From a virus: a stretch of DNA of 64,000 bases. The position numbers were made by a program, and so were the translations under genes. The stretch spans positions 32,001 to 96,000 of IMG/VR virus record IMGVR_UViG_3300028840_003497; one strand, 5' to 3'. Each line of letters opens with the position of its first letter. Positions within the stretch are counted from its first letter, which is position 1. Positions 30,141 through 39,532 of this stretch are shown piece after piece. Below the pieces are notes generated by a model that saw only the letters and a list, made by a program, of their open reading frames with translations, did no database searches and was not told the DNA's origin.

Positions 30141-30480
30141 CTTTCGACACTCCCTTTTCATTAATAATCGACATTACCTGATTGCCCTTCTTCTTGATAC
30201 TAAGCGACACGGCAAACAACTCTTCGGCAATCCACTTGATCGCCTGATCTCGCGTCTCACACAACCAAAGAGCATTGACTACGTGCACATTGCCATCCGA
30301 CTTGAATGCCACTTGAGCCCTCTGGGCATCCCCTTCTTTCGTGGCAATAAAACGAAGGAAAACCACCTCCTTCGGACGATAGTCAGCCTCCCAGATCAGA
30401 GAGGGACTATCTGAACCAACATGCATTACCCACATCCGATCCCCAAACTCCATCGCTTTCAATTTCTCTTCACACATCAT
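30127..30480 (-). CDS. Hypothetical protein
   Basis: ORF in operon. Confidence 0.55.
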   Translation of the reverse strand: MMCEEKLKAMEFGDRMWVMHVGSDSPSLIWEADYRPKEVVFLRFIATKEGDAQRAQVAFKSDGNVHVVNALWLCETRDQAIKWIAEELFAVSLSIKKKGNQVMSIINEKGVSKDVKV

Positions 30481-30494
30481 GAGCCTGCCTTTCC

Positions 30495-30510
30495 GCGAAC
30501 TTAAGTTCGC
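30495..30510. repeat. Dispersed palindrome copy 7 (perfect: GCGAACTTAAGTTCGC)
   Basis: 14 nt before the ATG at 30480. Confidence 0.85.
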
Positions 30511-30561
30511 TCTTCATTGCTGATTTCAACAATTTTCTGGACTATCTCGTTCGACCGCCCC

Positions 30562-30774
30562 TCACGCCTCTTGTTCTCCATGACTCCGTGCTCCTCTAAT
30601 CTTGGGCTTAAATAACGACCTACGTAAGAGATTGATACTAGTAACAACTGCATCTTTAGGCCAACCCCTGTCACGGATGATATCCTCAATATCAGGAACA
30701 GGTCCTATTTGGGTATGTATCGAATTCCCTATTTCACTACCATTGCGCCATGCAATAAAATACGTGTACCACAT
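30562..30774 (-). CDS. Small hypothetical protein
   Basis: GGAAGG RBS. Confidence 0.5.
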   Translation of the reverse strand: MWYTYFIAWRNGSEIGNSIHTQIGPVPDIEDIIRDRGWPKDAVVTSINLLRRSLFKPKIRGARSHGEQEA

Positions 30775-30804
30775 CTAAACGCCTTCCTTTCTCATACACA
30801 GTCA

Positions 30805-31119
30805 TCAATCCTCCTTCACAAAATCAGCATCATCTAAGGATCCTGCAAATACGTTACGTCCACGAAGATTCAACGGTGCCCCATTATCCGATGGCATAAA
30901 CCATGATTCGCGTGGAACTGTGCCCTTCTGAACGTAGAAGCCGAACCTGTCCGAAAGCTGCATTCCACATGACTTACATTCCCAATGAACGATACTAGCT
31001 GGCGTAGGCAACAATTTTCCCATACGGTTTCCCGTACAGTTCTCCATGCACGTAATTTCGGAGCCGACCCTATTCATCGAGGCACCGCACTTGCACTTTC
31101 TGGTGTCTATCTCAACCAT
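30805..31119 (-). CDS. Cys-rich hypothetical protein
   Basis: CKCG...C..C...CKSC. Confidence 0.55.
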   Translation of the reverse strand: MVEIDTRKCKCGASMNRVGSEITCMENCTGNRMGKLLPTPASIVHWECKSCGMQLSDRFGFYVQKGTVPRESWFMPSDNGAPLNLRGRNVFAGSLDDADFVKED

Positions 31120-31405
31120 CTTTCGCCATCGGAACCTCGATGCCGCGCTTCACGCACTCACGCCTACTCTCACTATCGAACATAAGCTGCTCCCCTCTCC
31201 GCGTGACAATGATCGGCTCGCCCTCCGGGAACTGGTCGCCTAAGTTGCGGAGGATCTCCCCGACAATCTTCACGCCTCCCAGCCAGTAGACGTCCGTGTC
31301 CGGATCGTAGTTGAGGCCCCCGTCCCGAACCTCCATTATGCGCTCACGCGCAGCCTCATCGACCATCTCCCCGTACAGTGCGTCGAACTTGGTTCTCTTT
31401 GCCAC
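31112..31405 (-). CDS. Hypothetical protein
   Basis: AGGAGG RBS, GTG start. Confidence 0.55.
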   Translation of the reverse strand: MAKRTKFDALYGEMVDEAARERIMEVRDGGLNYDPDTDVYWLGGVKIVGEILRNLGDQFPEGEPIIVTRRGEQLMFDSESRRECVKRGIEVPMAKDG

Positions 31406-31414
31406 AGTGTCCTC

Positions 31415-31735
31415 CTACCTGCGCCACCCGGCGCGATGGGCTGTGACGATTATCTCGCACAGCTCTCTTGCCGCGTCCCCGGTGAGCGCGGTGATGTTCT
31501 CTTCGCTCGAATGAAAGACGTCCTCGTGTGCGCCCTCGTCGGACACCGCGAAAAACCAGTCGCCAATCAGCGTCGCCCCGCACGACTCACACTCTCCATC
31601 GGGACCTTCATTCTCATGGCCGCACTCGTCGCAGGGGTGGTGCCCCATGCTCTCAACGTGAGCCAGGTACTTGTCTTCGGTAGTGAACGAGCAGTCGTCG
31701 TTCAAGTCCCCGTTCCATTTAAAATCAGTCGCCAT
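31415..31735 (-). CDS. Zn-ribbon hypothetical protein
   Basis: CDECG...CESCG; AGGAGG RBS. Confidence 0.6.
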   Translation of the reverse strand: MATDFKWNGDLNDDCSFTTEDKYLAHVESMGHHPCDECGHENEGPDGECESCGATLIGDWFFAVSDEGAHEDVFHSSEENITALTGDAARELCEIIVTAHRAGWRR

Positions 31736-31744
31736 CCAGCCCTC

Positions 31745-32146
31745 CTAGTCGTCTGCTATTGCCTTATCGACATCCCATCTCAGTAACCAGCATCTGCTCA
31801 TCATGAAATCGGCTGCGTCCACTCGCTCACGACCATAGAGTTCACTAATAGAATCGCCAATGATCTCACAAGCCTCTGCGAGAGTGTCCCTGGTGATATC
31901 TCTATCGCACGTCGGGCGCTCTGGACAAACGGGACACTGGACTTTTTCCGGCACCTGTGAACACTCTGGAAACACCCTATCCCCTCCGACTACCGTCAAC
32001 CCGACTCCAATGGTCAGCGTCAGGATAACACCTAACGATATCAACAATGAAGTCGCTGTAAGAACAACCCCCAGCGATATAACCACCATTGCCCTTGCTC
32101 CTTCAGCCTTCTTGTTTTCCTGTTCTCGTTCTTGCTCTTCATTCAT
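31745..32146 (-). CDS. Membrane protein with Cys-rich C-terminal region
   Basis: Long hydrophobic stretch aa ~19-53; CPVCP. Confidence 0.6.
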   Translation of the reverse strand: MNEEQEREQENKKAEGARAMVVISLGVVLTATSLLISLGVILTLTIGVGLTVVGGDRVFPECSQVPEKVQCPVCPERPTCDRDITRDTLAEACEIIGDSISELYGRERVDAADFMMSRCWLLRWDVDKAIADD

Positions 32147-32410
32147 CTAGTCCTCCTTTATTATTGCAGACATTTCCAGTTTTATTCGTGACTTCTTCTC
32201 CCGGTACACCACCTCGATCAGATCGCGGTGAATCACCTCGTCTCCGTCCAATTTTGAGGACGCATGCGCGTAGTACTTTAGCTGTCCCAGCTTCTGCCGG
32301 TCGGACAGGATTGCCAGCGCCCCACGGATCGACGCCGTGTTCCAGTTGTGAACCTTCTCTGAAACCACCGGAGCCTCATCCGACCCTATCTTAAAATTAG
32401 ATCCGACCAT
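32147..32410 (-). CDS. Hypothetical protein
   Basis: RBS and abutting genes. Confidence 0.5.
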   Translation of the reverse strand: MVGSNFKIGSDEAPVVSEKVHNWNTASIRGALAILSDRQKLGQLKYYAHASSKLDGDEVIHRDLIEVVYREKKSRIKLEMSAIIKED

Positions 32411-32514
32411 GTCATCCTTCCTTTACAACTCTAGACTGACGATGCTTCCGCCACTTCTCGAACGCCTCCAGAAGACCAACATCACTGGGTCGCAGATCAA
32501 AAAGACCATTCGTT

Positions 32515-32721
32515 TCATCGAACTCGATTTCGGAACCAGTAATCTTCCGTGCCGTGCTTCTTCGTAAACCCACGATGGTACATCAGTCCACACCCAGGGC
32601 AATGATATGTGTTGTACGCAGCAACTAGCCGGTTGGGGATCTTCGTAAAGCCGCGCAGGGTGTACTCGCACGATACATCCCCGTCGATCCACTCCATCTT
32701 GCCGCCGCACTTACACTTCAC
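32515..32721 (-). CDS. Small Zn-ribbon protein
   Basis: CKCGG...CPGCG; GTGA overlap. Confidence 0.55.
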   Translation of the reverse strand: MKCKCGGKMEWIDGDVSCEYTLRGFTKIPNRLVAAYNTYHCPGCGLMYHRGFTKKHGTEDYWFRNRVR

Positions 32722-32939
32722 CCCGAAATCCCGCGCAGGATGATGTCATTTTTCGTGATCTTGCGGACCCTGAACCTGCCGCCATTCACCTCGACGATCT
32801 GATTGACACGAAATAGTGCCACGCCCTTGCGGACCGCCGTCCCGTTCCCATGGACCACGCCTTCGACTTCACCCTTTTTCAGCTTATCGTAGATCTCCTG
32901 GTTGATCATCTCCATACGACCCGTCTCCGGATTCTGCAT
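32718..32939 (-). CDS. Small hypothetical protein (paralog of 35353-35595)
   Basis: AAGGAGG RBS; MQN...F.V...E..G..FRV..I.K.DI.LR. Confidence 0.65.
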   Translation of the reverse strand: MQNPETGRMEMINQEIYDKLKKGEVEGVVHGNGTAVRKGVALFRVNQIVEVNGGRFRVRKITKNDIILRGISG

Positions 32940-33525
32940 TTATCTCCTCCTTATGTATCCATCCCCAGACCTTTTTGGCCCAGCGTTTTCCCTTCCAACG
33001 GCGGACATGAAACCCGCTCACGGACCCCGGCTGAAACTCCACCCGATCAATGGTGCTGAAATAATGACAGTGCGAGTTCTCCTCGATCGTCTTCCGCATT
33101 GAAATCATAAACCCAGCCGTCCCCTCCACCAGCAATGGTGGACCTACCCAGTAGCATTCTTTGCCCCTTAGACGGTACGACAGCGCCCTCACATGCCTCG
33201 CGTAAGTCTTCGGCGGAGTTCGGCACGAGTTCATCCCCAGGGACACCACAACGGCATCCACGCGGCTCTCCGCGAGGTACATCTCGAAGTCGGCATCCTT
33301 GGCCCAGGAACTTGCACGACCACCAATAGTTGCCTTGGTCGTGACGTGCGCCCCGGCATCCTCGAATCTCTTCCGAAGCCCCATCTCCAGACCCGATCCC
33401 TCTCCAACGAGAGAATCGCCCAGGATTAGGATGTCCTCGTTTTTCCACCGGGAAACGTCTCCTGCCAACGCAATGCTGACCGCCAGCATTATCGCCACGC
33501 ACATTACCATACTCAACCGCGTCAT
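32884..33525 (-). CDS. Secreted SGNH/GDSL hydrolase
   Basis: Signal-peptide-like N-terminus, ILILGDSL, G, SLGMN, WVGPP, GFH. Confidence 0.75.
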   Translation of the reverse strand: MTRLSMVMCVAIMLAVSIALAGDVSRWKNEDILILGDSLVGEGSGLEMGLRKRFEDAGAHVTTKATIGGRASSWAKDADFEMYLAESRVDAVVVSLGMNSCRTPPKTYARHVRALSYRLRGKECYWVGPPLLVEGTAGFMISMRKTIEENSHCHYFSTIDRVEFQPGSVSGFHVRRWKGKRWAKKVWGWIHKEEINAESGDGSYGDDQPGDLR

Positions 33526-33540
33526 CTCAACACCTCTCTC

Positions 33541-33786
33541 TCAGTACCTAGCGTTTTGCCGTCGAATCATATCGGCCCACGGCTCGTCGTAGAGCACCTT
33601 CTCGATCTCGGCGAGACGCTCCTCGATCGACAGCGCAGCCAACCCGGCAAGATGCATTCTTTTTTCCTTGTCCGCCTTCTCGGCTCGGCACTGGCCACAC
33701 ACCGATGGAGGCGGATAACCAGATCCCACTGGCTCATACTTTGTCTTCCCACACTCCAAGCAGGTTATTTGCACAATCATTGCCAT
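33541..33786 (-). CDS. Zn-ribbon hypothetical protein
   Basis: CLEC...CGQC; GAGGAGG RBS. Confidence 0.6.
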   Translation of the reverse strand: MAMIVQITCLECGKTKYEPVGSGYPPPSVCGQCRAEKADKEKRMHLAGLAALSIEERLAEIEKVLYDEPWADMIRRQNARY

Positions 33787-33801
33787 CTCAATCCTCCTCT
33801 T

Positions 33802-33817
33802 GCGAACTTGAGTTCGC
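33802..33817. repeat. Dispersed palindrome copy 8
   Basis: Intergenic, 15 nt before the ATG at 33786. Confidence 0.85.
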
Positions 33818-33855
33818 GTTCACTATCGAAGTGGTGGCCCCAAGACAAAAGAAGG

Positions 33856-34527
33856 TTACTTACGAACCGGCTTGTCGAGCTTCTTTCGGCCAACTCCTCC
33901 ACACTCCTCACAAGGCACACCCTTTTCAAAACCACGCGTCTCGCACTTCGTACAGTCCTCGTGCGTAGCCATGATCCCGTGACGCAACATATAGGCCGCA
34001 AGATCACCGGCCATCTCTTCTATCACGGCCTCCTGCTTGAGAATCTTATCCGTCAGACCGACTTGCTCCGCATCTAGCCGTTGGCTATTCTCGACCTCCT
34101 CCTGGATCCGGTTCCCGAACTCGTGCTTGGCATCCATCCAATCAGCGACGTGAGCCTCAGCCTTGCGCTCTGCAAAGTCCAGCCTCTTCTCCAAATCATA
34201 AATCCTGTCCCGGCGCTCCTCGGCAATCTGCAGGGCATCATCACGGCGCTTCCGGACGATCTCAAGTTCGTTAAGCACCTCAAAATACCTCTTCACGAAA
34301 CCATCCAAATGCTCGGCAGACTTCAAATCAACACGCACTCCTTCGGAGGTCTGGTTGTCTCCAAAGCAGTACACGTTAAAAAACTCTTCAATAAAACCAA
34401 GGTTTCCTGTAGCTACTTCATCCCGTAACTGCCTAAGATGTCCAAGAAGTTCATCGAGAACAAACCTGTTCTCGCTGCTCAATCTCATGTTCCTAATCGA
34501 ATTCTCAATATTGATACGCATGTTCAT
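33856..34527 (-). CDS. Coiled-coil protein with C-terminal DnaJ-type Zn finger
   Basis: CTKCETRG...CEECGGVG. Confidence 0.6.
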   Translation of the reverse strand: MNMRINIENSIRNMRLSSENRFVLDELLGHLRQLRDEVATGNLGFIEEFFNVYCFGDNQTSEGVRVDLKSAEHLDGFVKRYFEVLNELEIVRKRRDDALQIAEERRDRIYDLEKRLDFAERKAEAHVADWMDAKHEFGNRIQEEVENSQRLDAEQVGLTDKILKQEAVIEEMAGDLAAYMLRHGIMATHEDCTKCETRGFEKGVPCEECGGVGRKKLDKPVRK

Positions 34528-34535
34528 GTTTCCTC

Positions 34536-35348
34536 CTACAAGTACTTCTTCAGCATCTCCACAACTATCTTGGAAACATTGAGGACGTACTTTTTGTCAT
34601 TCTTTTCTAGGGCCTGGAGCGCGTCCCGATGATCCTTGAGAAAGTCCCCCCGAGCATCATCAATGAAGAACCTGATATACTCCCCCAACTGTGACGGTTT
34701 ATCAATCTCCCCCTCCTTGGAAAATATGCCCTGCAGCCTCTCATCGGTCAGGTAGGACTCGAACTCATCACGGACAACCTGGACCTCGGGAGCAATTTCC
34801 ACCGGAGGTTTCTTTGCCTTGGCTTGCTGTTTTTCCTTAAAGTCCTCGCCCTTCTTCTTGATCATAAAGACCGACCCCTGCTCGGTGGAGAACATCTTGT
34901 GCAGTGGCTTAATCACCACGCCTTCGCACAGGTTCTTCCCAGCCTGAACATCACTTGGCCCCTCCCGAGAATCAAAAGCAATGTCAAACTCCATCGCCTC
35001 CTCCAAACCATCGACCGTCGCCATGATTGGAACAAGAAACTTCTCCAACCCCAGAATTTTCATGATCTCGATCATGTCGCCTGATGGCTGCATCTCCTCG
35101 TCCTTGCAGAGATCATAAAACAGGATCCTTTTCTCGGGACCGTAATCAACACCCTTCTGGACACCAGCACCGAACAACTCCCCGTACAAATGGTAGGTCG
35201 CATCGTCGAAGACCGCCTTGTCACTCCAGGTCCTAATCAAATTCTTGTAATCATCTCTTCCCAGGATGCCACGGGACGGGATTACGCTGCTCCTAATCCC
35301 CTCCCATTTATAGATGGAGTCTTTAATTGCTTCTGTTTCTTTTGACAT
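34536..35348 (-). CDS. Rnl2-family RNA ligase lacking the canonical motif I
   Basis: YGELFGAGVQKGVDYG, FYDL, EGVVIKP, IKKK...F.EK and YLT..RL....SKEG match T4 Rnl2 motifs III-V and the C-domain; no KxHG. Confidence 0.75.
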   Translation of the reverse strand: MSKETEAIKDSIYKWEGIRSSVIPSRGILGRDDYKNLIRTWSDKAVFDDATYHLYGELFGAGVQKGVDYGPEKRILFYDLCKDEEMQPSGDMIEIMKILGLEKFLVPIMATVDGLEEAMEFDIAFDSREGPSDVQAGKNLCEGVVIKPLHKMFSTEQGSVFMIKKKGEDFKEKQQAKAKKPPVEIAPEVQVVRDEFESYLTDERLQGIFSKEGEIDKPSQLGEYIRFFIDDARGDFLKDHRDALQALEKNDKKYVLNVSKIVVEMLKKYL

Positions 35349-35352
35349 TATT

Positions 35353-35595
35353 CTACCTCTCCTTTTTTTTAACCCTTCTCAAAACAATGTCCTTCTTTTT
35401 TATCCTGTGGACGCGAAACAGGCTCCCTTTTAATTCAATCTCTTCTCCAACTCGAAAAGTCACTGTCCCTGCTGGAATTTTTGACACGTCACTGAAAAAA
35501 GCACCTCTTGCATATTGCCCTTCTTGCAGCTTTTCGATTTGGTTGTACAAATCTTCTGATATTCCTTCGAAATTTTTCGTTTTATGATTCTGCAT
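35353..35595 (-). CDS. Small hypothetical protein (paralog of 32718-32939)
   Basis: Shared sequence pattern with 32718-32939; AAGGAG upstream. Confidence 0.65.
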   Translation of the reverse strand: MQNHKTKNFEGISEDLYNQIEKLQEGQYARGAFFSDVSKIPAGTVTFRVGEEIELKGSLFRVHRIKKKDIVLRRVKKKER

Positions 35596-35761
35596 TTTCT
35601 CTCTCCTTATTCCGTCTTATTGTATAAAACTTCCCACCAAGACACATATCAATACCTGTCTTAGCTTTGTATTCTATTTCTTGTCTATGACACCAACTGC
35701 AAAAAATCGAAGTGGCCACAAAACCTACCAAAATACCAATTACAAAACATTCAACCATCAT
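35582..35761 (-). CDS. Small membrane protein (59 aa, below the ORF-track cutoff)
   Basis: MMVECFVIGILVGFVATSIFCSW...; GGAGAG RBS; fills the gap. Confidence 0.5.
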   Translation of the reverse strand: MMVECFVIGILVGFVATSIFCSWCHRQEIEYKAKTGIDMCLGGKFYTIRRNKERENAES

Positions 35762-35793
35762 ACACTCTCCAACTTCTCTTCATACCAAGGTCC

Positions 35794-36306
35794 CTAAACC
35801 TCACCGCATTCACTACATCGCGGCCAACCGTCATAACCCGCATGAACGTCGTCCCCAGACTGAACGGTGTCTGTCGAAAAGCACCTGGGACACTGCTTAT
35901 AGGTATCTATCGCCTCTTTGTGCGGCATCTTGTCTATCTTCTTTTCCAGGCACATGTGTTCCCTGTTAGCGTCCTCCTTGTTGTCAAAGAATTTGGTACC
36001 CGCTTTCAATCTACTTTTATACCAAAACAGATTCCCTTCCTTAACAAAGAAATCCTCACACGCCTCCTCAAATGTCCTAGCAACTTGTTTGCCGTGGAGT
36101 CTTGCTGAGCCTGACTTGCCACAACCGGCAAAGTTATAGCTTTCCTGCCAAATCTCGAAAGTTGGCCACTCCTCGGCGCTTAACGCTTTTTGCTCCTGTA
36201 GAGCGGCACGCAGATCAGCCTTCAGTTTTTCGACTTTAGTATTAACTCCTCGAAGTCGAGGAGATTCTTTGATTTCTTTTCTACCTGTTCTACTTACCAT
36301 CAACAT
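35794..36306 (-). CDS. Hypothetical protein with C-terminal Zn ribbon
   Basis: CPRC...CSEC. Confidence 0.55.
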   Translation of the reverse strand: MLMVSRTGRKEIKESPRLRGVNTKVEKLKADLRAALQEQKALSAEEWPTFEIWQESYNFAGCGKSGSARLHGKQVARTFEEACEDFFVKEGNLFWYKSRLKAGTKFFDNKEDANREHMCLEKKIDKMPHKEAIDTYKQCPRCFSTDTVQSGDDVHAGYDGWPRCSECGEV

Positions 36307-36533
36307 CACCCATCTGCACGATCCACGAAAGATTTTGAATTGCATCGTCGACAATCGTTCACAAACCTCCGCATCCAATAATGCGACAATCGTTTCGCCT
36401 TCTTGGGATCATTCGTATAGCCCCAGTCAACACCCCCCTCACCCGGAATCTCAGAAACATAATGAATACTATTATCCCCCAAGAACCTGCTGCAAATATA
36501 ACTATCCACTCTTGTTTTCATCGCTTCCTCCAT
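36306..36533 (-). CDS. Small hypothetical protein
   Basis: GGVDWGYT motif; overlapping operon. Confidence 0.5.
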   Translation of the reverse strand: MEEAMKTRVDSYICSRFLGDNSIHYVSEIPGEGGVDWGYTNDPKKAKRLSHYWMRRFVNDCRRCNSKSFVDRADG

Positions 36534-36745
36534 TTAAGAATGATGTCGCAGGACTCCTCGGGGGTTCCCACATCCCGCACATTCAGTGGCCACAACTCCC
36601 GACACTCGCTCGATGTACCGTCGCCGTTGTCCAGCCACACCTCCGTGTCATCACCCATCCCATTCACCTCGGGCAGATCCTTGACCCACTTTTTGAGCTG
36701 GCGAACTGTAATACAACCGTCAACCTTCAGAAATTCAGGCAACAT
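36518..36745 (-). CDS. Small hypothetical protein
   Basis: GGGAG RBS; ITV.QLK.WV.DLPE. Confidence 0.55.
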   Translation of the reverse strand: MLPEFLKVDGCITVRQLKKWVKDLPEVNGMGDDTEVWLDNGDGTSSECRELWPLNVRDVGTPEESCDIILKWRKR

Positions 36746-37073
36746 TCACTCCCTCTTTATTGTCGCTTTCCTTTTCCTTGTCACTATCCAGAGCAAGCTG
36801 CGCGATACACACTTGCATCATGGCGCATGGCTCGCAAACTGTTACTGTCACCGGTTCCATCAGCGGCATCGTCATCTCCTCATCTGTACCCATGACGCTG
36901 GCAATCGCACTACTGCCAAGCAGTGCAGCCAGCCCGTCTTGACGTTGGATCACGTCGGATTTTAATCCGTGACGTTCTATGCGTACTGTCCAGAACATCG
37001 GCAGTCCCGTATGTCCAATTCTCTTCTTACATACTCCACACTGTGCATGTTTCCGTAGTTCTTTTTCTTTCAT
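36735..37073 (-). CDS. Zn-binding hypothetical protein
   Basis: CGVC...CEPC; GGAGG RBS. Confidence 0.6.
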   Translation of the reverse strand: MKEKELRKHAQCGVCKKRIGHTGLPMFWTVRIERHGLKSDVIQRQDGLAALLGSSAIASVMGTDEEMTMPLMEPVTVTVCEPCAMMQVCIAQLALDSDKEKESDNKEGVNVA

Positions 37074-37358
37074 TTTCCCCTCCCCGTGGTTTTCAATGTT
37101 GCATTTGTGATTACTTGCTACAGTCCTCTGTTAGCCCTGCCACACACTGCTATTCCCCTCGCCCAAAGATCGCCTTGATCTCTCGCCTCCGTCTCCGCAT
37201 ACGGCGACCACATGCTTTCCGGTCCAAGCACTCGCACGGCTTCCCGTGATGTATGACAGCCTCAATGTTCAGCAAAACTTCTGGATATTTACTACCACAC
37301 CGAGCACACTTCTTTCCTGCATGCACCTCGGACTTGCAAAGATTTTCATTGGACCCCA

Positions 37359-37730
37359 TCAGATGTCCACATTCGCCAGAAGGCACATCAGCGTATCCTT
37401 CACGTGAACTTCGGCAACATTGCCTGCATACGTGGCGACCTTATCCCGCAGGTCCTGCATGGCCTCTCGGTATCGCTCGATAGTCTTTAGCAACTTGTCG
37501 TTTTCTTTTTCCAGTTCCAAGAACGCATCTGCCAACGGCTCGAAATCATCATAGGCATCACCAATATTATCCCACAACTGCGCATACTTACTGGTACAGT
37601 CAAACTGATCACGGACCACGTCATCATCCCAATCGTCTTCGATTTCCTCTGGATAGTCCTCGCGCAGACCTTGGACATAATCCGCATCTACTAACTTCGG
37701 ATACCAAAATTCTTTTTTATACTTTGACAT
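37359..37730 (-). CDS. Hypothetical protein (Ead/Ea22-like coiled-coil tail)
   Basis: ORF overlapping the upstream stop. Confidence 0.55.
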   Translation of the reverse strand: MSKYKKEFWYPKLVDADYVQGLREDYPEEIEDDWDDDVVRDQFDCTSKYAQLWDNIGDAYDDFEPLADAFLELEKENDKLLKTIERYREAMQDLRDKVATYAGNVAEVHVKDTLMCLLANVDI

Positions 37731-38398
37731 TACTTACCTTTCGCAATTGCAAGATCGGCTCGCAGGTTATTGACCGCGTTCTCTACATGCATAACCGCAT
37801 GCACATAGCTCTTGTCCTCCCATTCAAACAAATCAGCCAGTACCCTCACTAATTCGTTCCTCTGCTTCTCGATCTCCCCCCAGGACTCAGCAACCTCTCT
37901 CAAGTGATCCGCAACATACTGTGAACCCTTCCCTCGCATGAAAGCCTGCAGCCCAGCCACATCCATACAGCGCCGTAACCGCTCCACCTCTGCCTCCAGC
38001 CCCGCCACCTCACGCTTTGTAGCGTGGATCTCGTAGTCCATACAGACCGTCGCCGAGCGCCCCTTGCAGAACGGGTTCTTGTCAGTATTTTCATGCTTAC
38101 ACGTTGCACACAGGAACTTTTCAGCCCTCTCTCGGTCCTCGTCCTCCTCAACAGCAGCGACAAACTCATCCTTAGAGACCTGCTTTGGACCGTCCCCCGT
38201 TTCCACGATATGCATCAGAGGCTTGTCGGTAGAGACCCCCTTCATCATGCACGACTCACACTGGAGCGGATCCCCTTCGTTACCGTAGAAGTCGAACGAC
38301 GGAATACACCTGGTAACAATGCCACAATCGGCACACTTACACATCTGGTGCCGCAGATCTCCTGTCCTGTGTGTAAAAATCTTCTCCTCGCTCATCAT
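37730..38398 (-). CDS. Cys-rich mosaic hypothetical protein
   Basis: CADC, CESC, CATC; LEAEVERL coiled coil. Confidence 0.6.
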   Translation of the reverse strand: MMSEEKIFTHRTGDLRHQMCKCADCGIVTRCIPSFDFYGNEGDPLQCESCMMKGVSTDKPLMHIVETGDGPKQVSKDEFVAAVEEDEDRERAEKFLCATCKHENTDKNPFCKGRSATVCMDYEIHATKREVAGLEAEVERLRRCMDVAGLQAFMRGKGSQYVADHLREVAESWGEIEKQRNELVRVLADLFEWEDKSYVHAVMHVENAVNNLRADLAIAKGK

Positions 38399-38468
38399 CT
38401 GCCTCCGTAAATCAGCTCACAAACCTTCGCGCACTTCGCCACACCGCACCAGCATCTAATCCTCCGCG

Positions 38469-38912
38469 TCAAAAACCCTCCGACCTAATGGCACCCATCA
38501 AATCCTCGATACGGATCCTCTTCTCATTCAAATAGGCCAGCGCACTCACCTTCGCTGATTCGTAAGTCTTGAAGATATGAATATAATCCATGTAGATCCG
38601 CTCCTGAGCATCCATTGACGCCTTCGCCTGCATCGGAACCGTAACCAAAAGATCGGCGTTCCATGAGCGCGCCATCGACTCGTACTCCTTCACCCGATCC
38701 TCAATCTCCTTCCGGATCTTTTCAAGATGCTCTTCGACGCACTCACTGTCGGGCACACTGATCTGCGAGGACGGCACAAAGACAGGCCCCTGCGGAACCC
38801 TCGACACCAGCCGGTACTTGCAAATTACCACCGTCGGCTCGGGCCATCCTCTCACCCTGCGATTCACCACAAACACAATATCGCCAACCTTCAACTCTTC
38901 TTTCCAACTCAT
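38469..38912 (-). CDS. Hypothetical protein
   Basis: GGAGG RBS. Confidence 0.6.
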   Translation of the reverse strand: MSWKEELKVGDIVFVVNRRVRGWPEPTVVICKYRLVSRVPQGPVFVPSSQISVPDSECVEEHLEKIRKEIEDRVKEYESMARSWNADLLVTVPMQAKASMDAQERIYMDYIHIFKTYESAKVSALAYLNEKRIRIEDLMGAIRSEGF

Positions 38913-39028
38913 TCTGCAACCTCCAACACCAACAACATTGCTCCATCTTAGAGCCGTTCATCAACACGATCTTTTTTTTCAGCCCAAACATCCCCTTCTG
39001 GCAGACCCAATTAACAAAAACACTGGTT

Positions 39029-39526
39029 TCAGCCACCTGGGTTTTGTTGTGGTGGCGGAAGTCCCAGGAGGTCTCTTCCTCTTTGCACGAGGTACGCCCT
39101 GACAGACTGAGGCATTGTTCCGTCGGGATAGACCAAGTGATTCTGCTTAATGGTAAGAAGTACTCCACTCTCTAGATTTCTTGGTACGCGCGCAGCTTCC
39201 ATCCAAAGGCCCGGCGCGAACCAGATCATATCCCAGGGGTCCTTCTCGTCCCCCGCATCCACCAGGATCTCCCGGGGCACAGAGGGCCACGCAGAGACCG
39301 CCCGCGCCACCACAGGATCGGTCAACAGATTGACCTGCATCAGGCTCCCTCCGTGCTCGCTCTTGAGCACAGCCACAGCCTCCTTGAAGGCAGCCTCAGC
39401 CCGGTCCCTAATCTCCTTGAGATACTCGGGATCTACTTCAATATCTTCTTCTTCCACCGTGTTGTTTTCCGCAACTTTAGGATCTTCCATTATGCCCTCC
39501 ACCACCATCTTGATGGCGTTCGTCAA
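39029..39526 (-). CDS. Hypothetical protein downstream of the methyltransferase
   Basis: 165-aa ORF; start uncertain. Confidence 0.6.
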   Translation of the reverse strand: MTNAIKMVVEGIMEDPKVAENNTVEEEDIEVDPEYLKEIRDRAEAAFKEAVAVLKSEHGGSLMQVNLLTDPVVARAVSAWPSVPREILVDAGDEKDPWDMIWFAPGLWMEAARVPRNLESGVLLTIKQNHLVYPDGTMPQSVRAYLVQRGRDLLGLPPPQQNPGG

Positions 39527-39532
39527 CAGGCT

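Noticed and set aside
34255-34270. Additional palindrome-like site CGATCTCAAGTTCG, and a half-site at ~42603
   Set aside because: Core mismatch or half-site only; could be chance, so not counted
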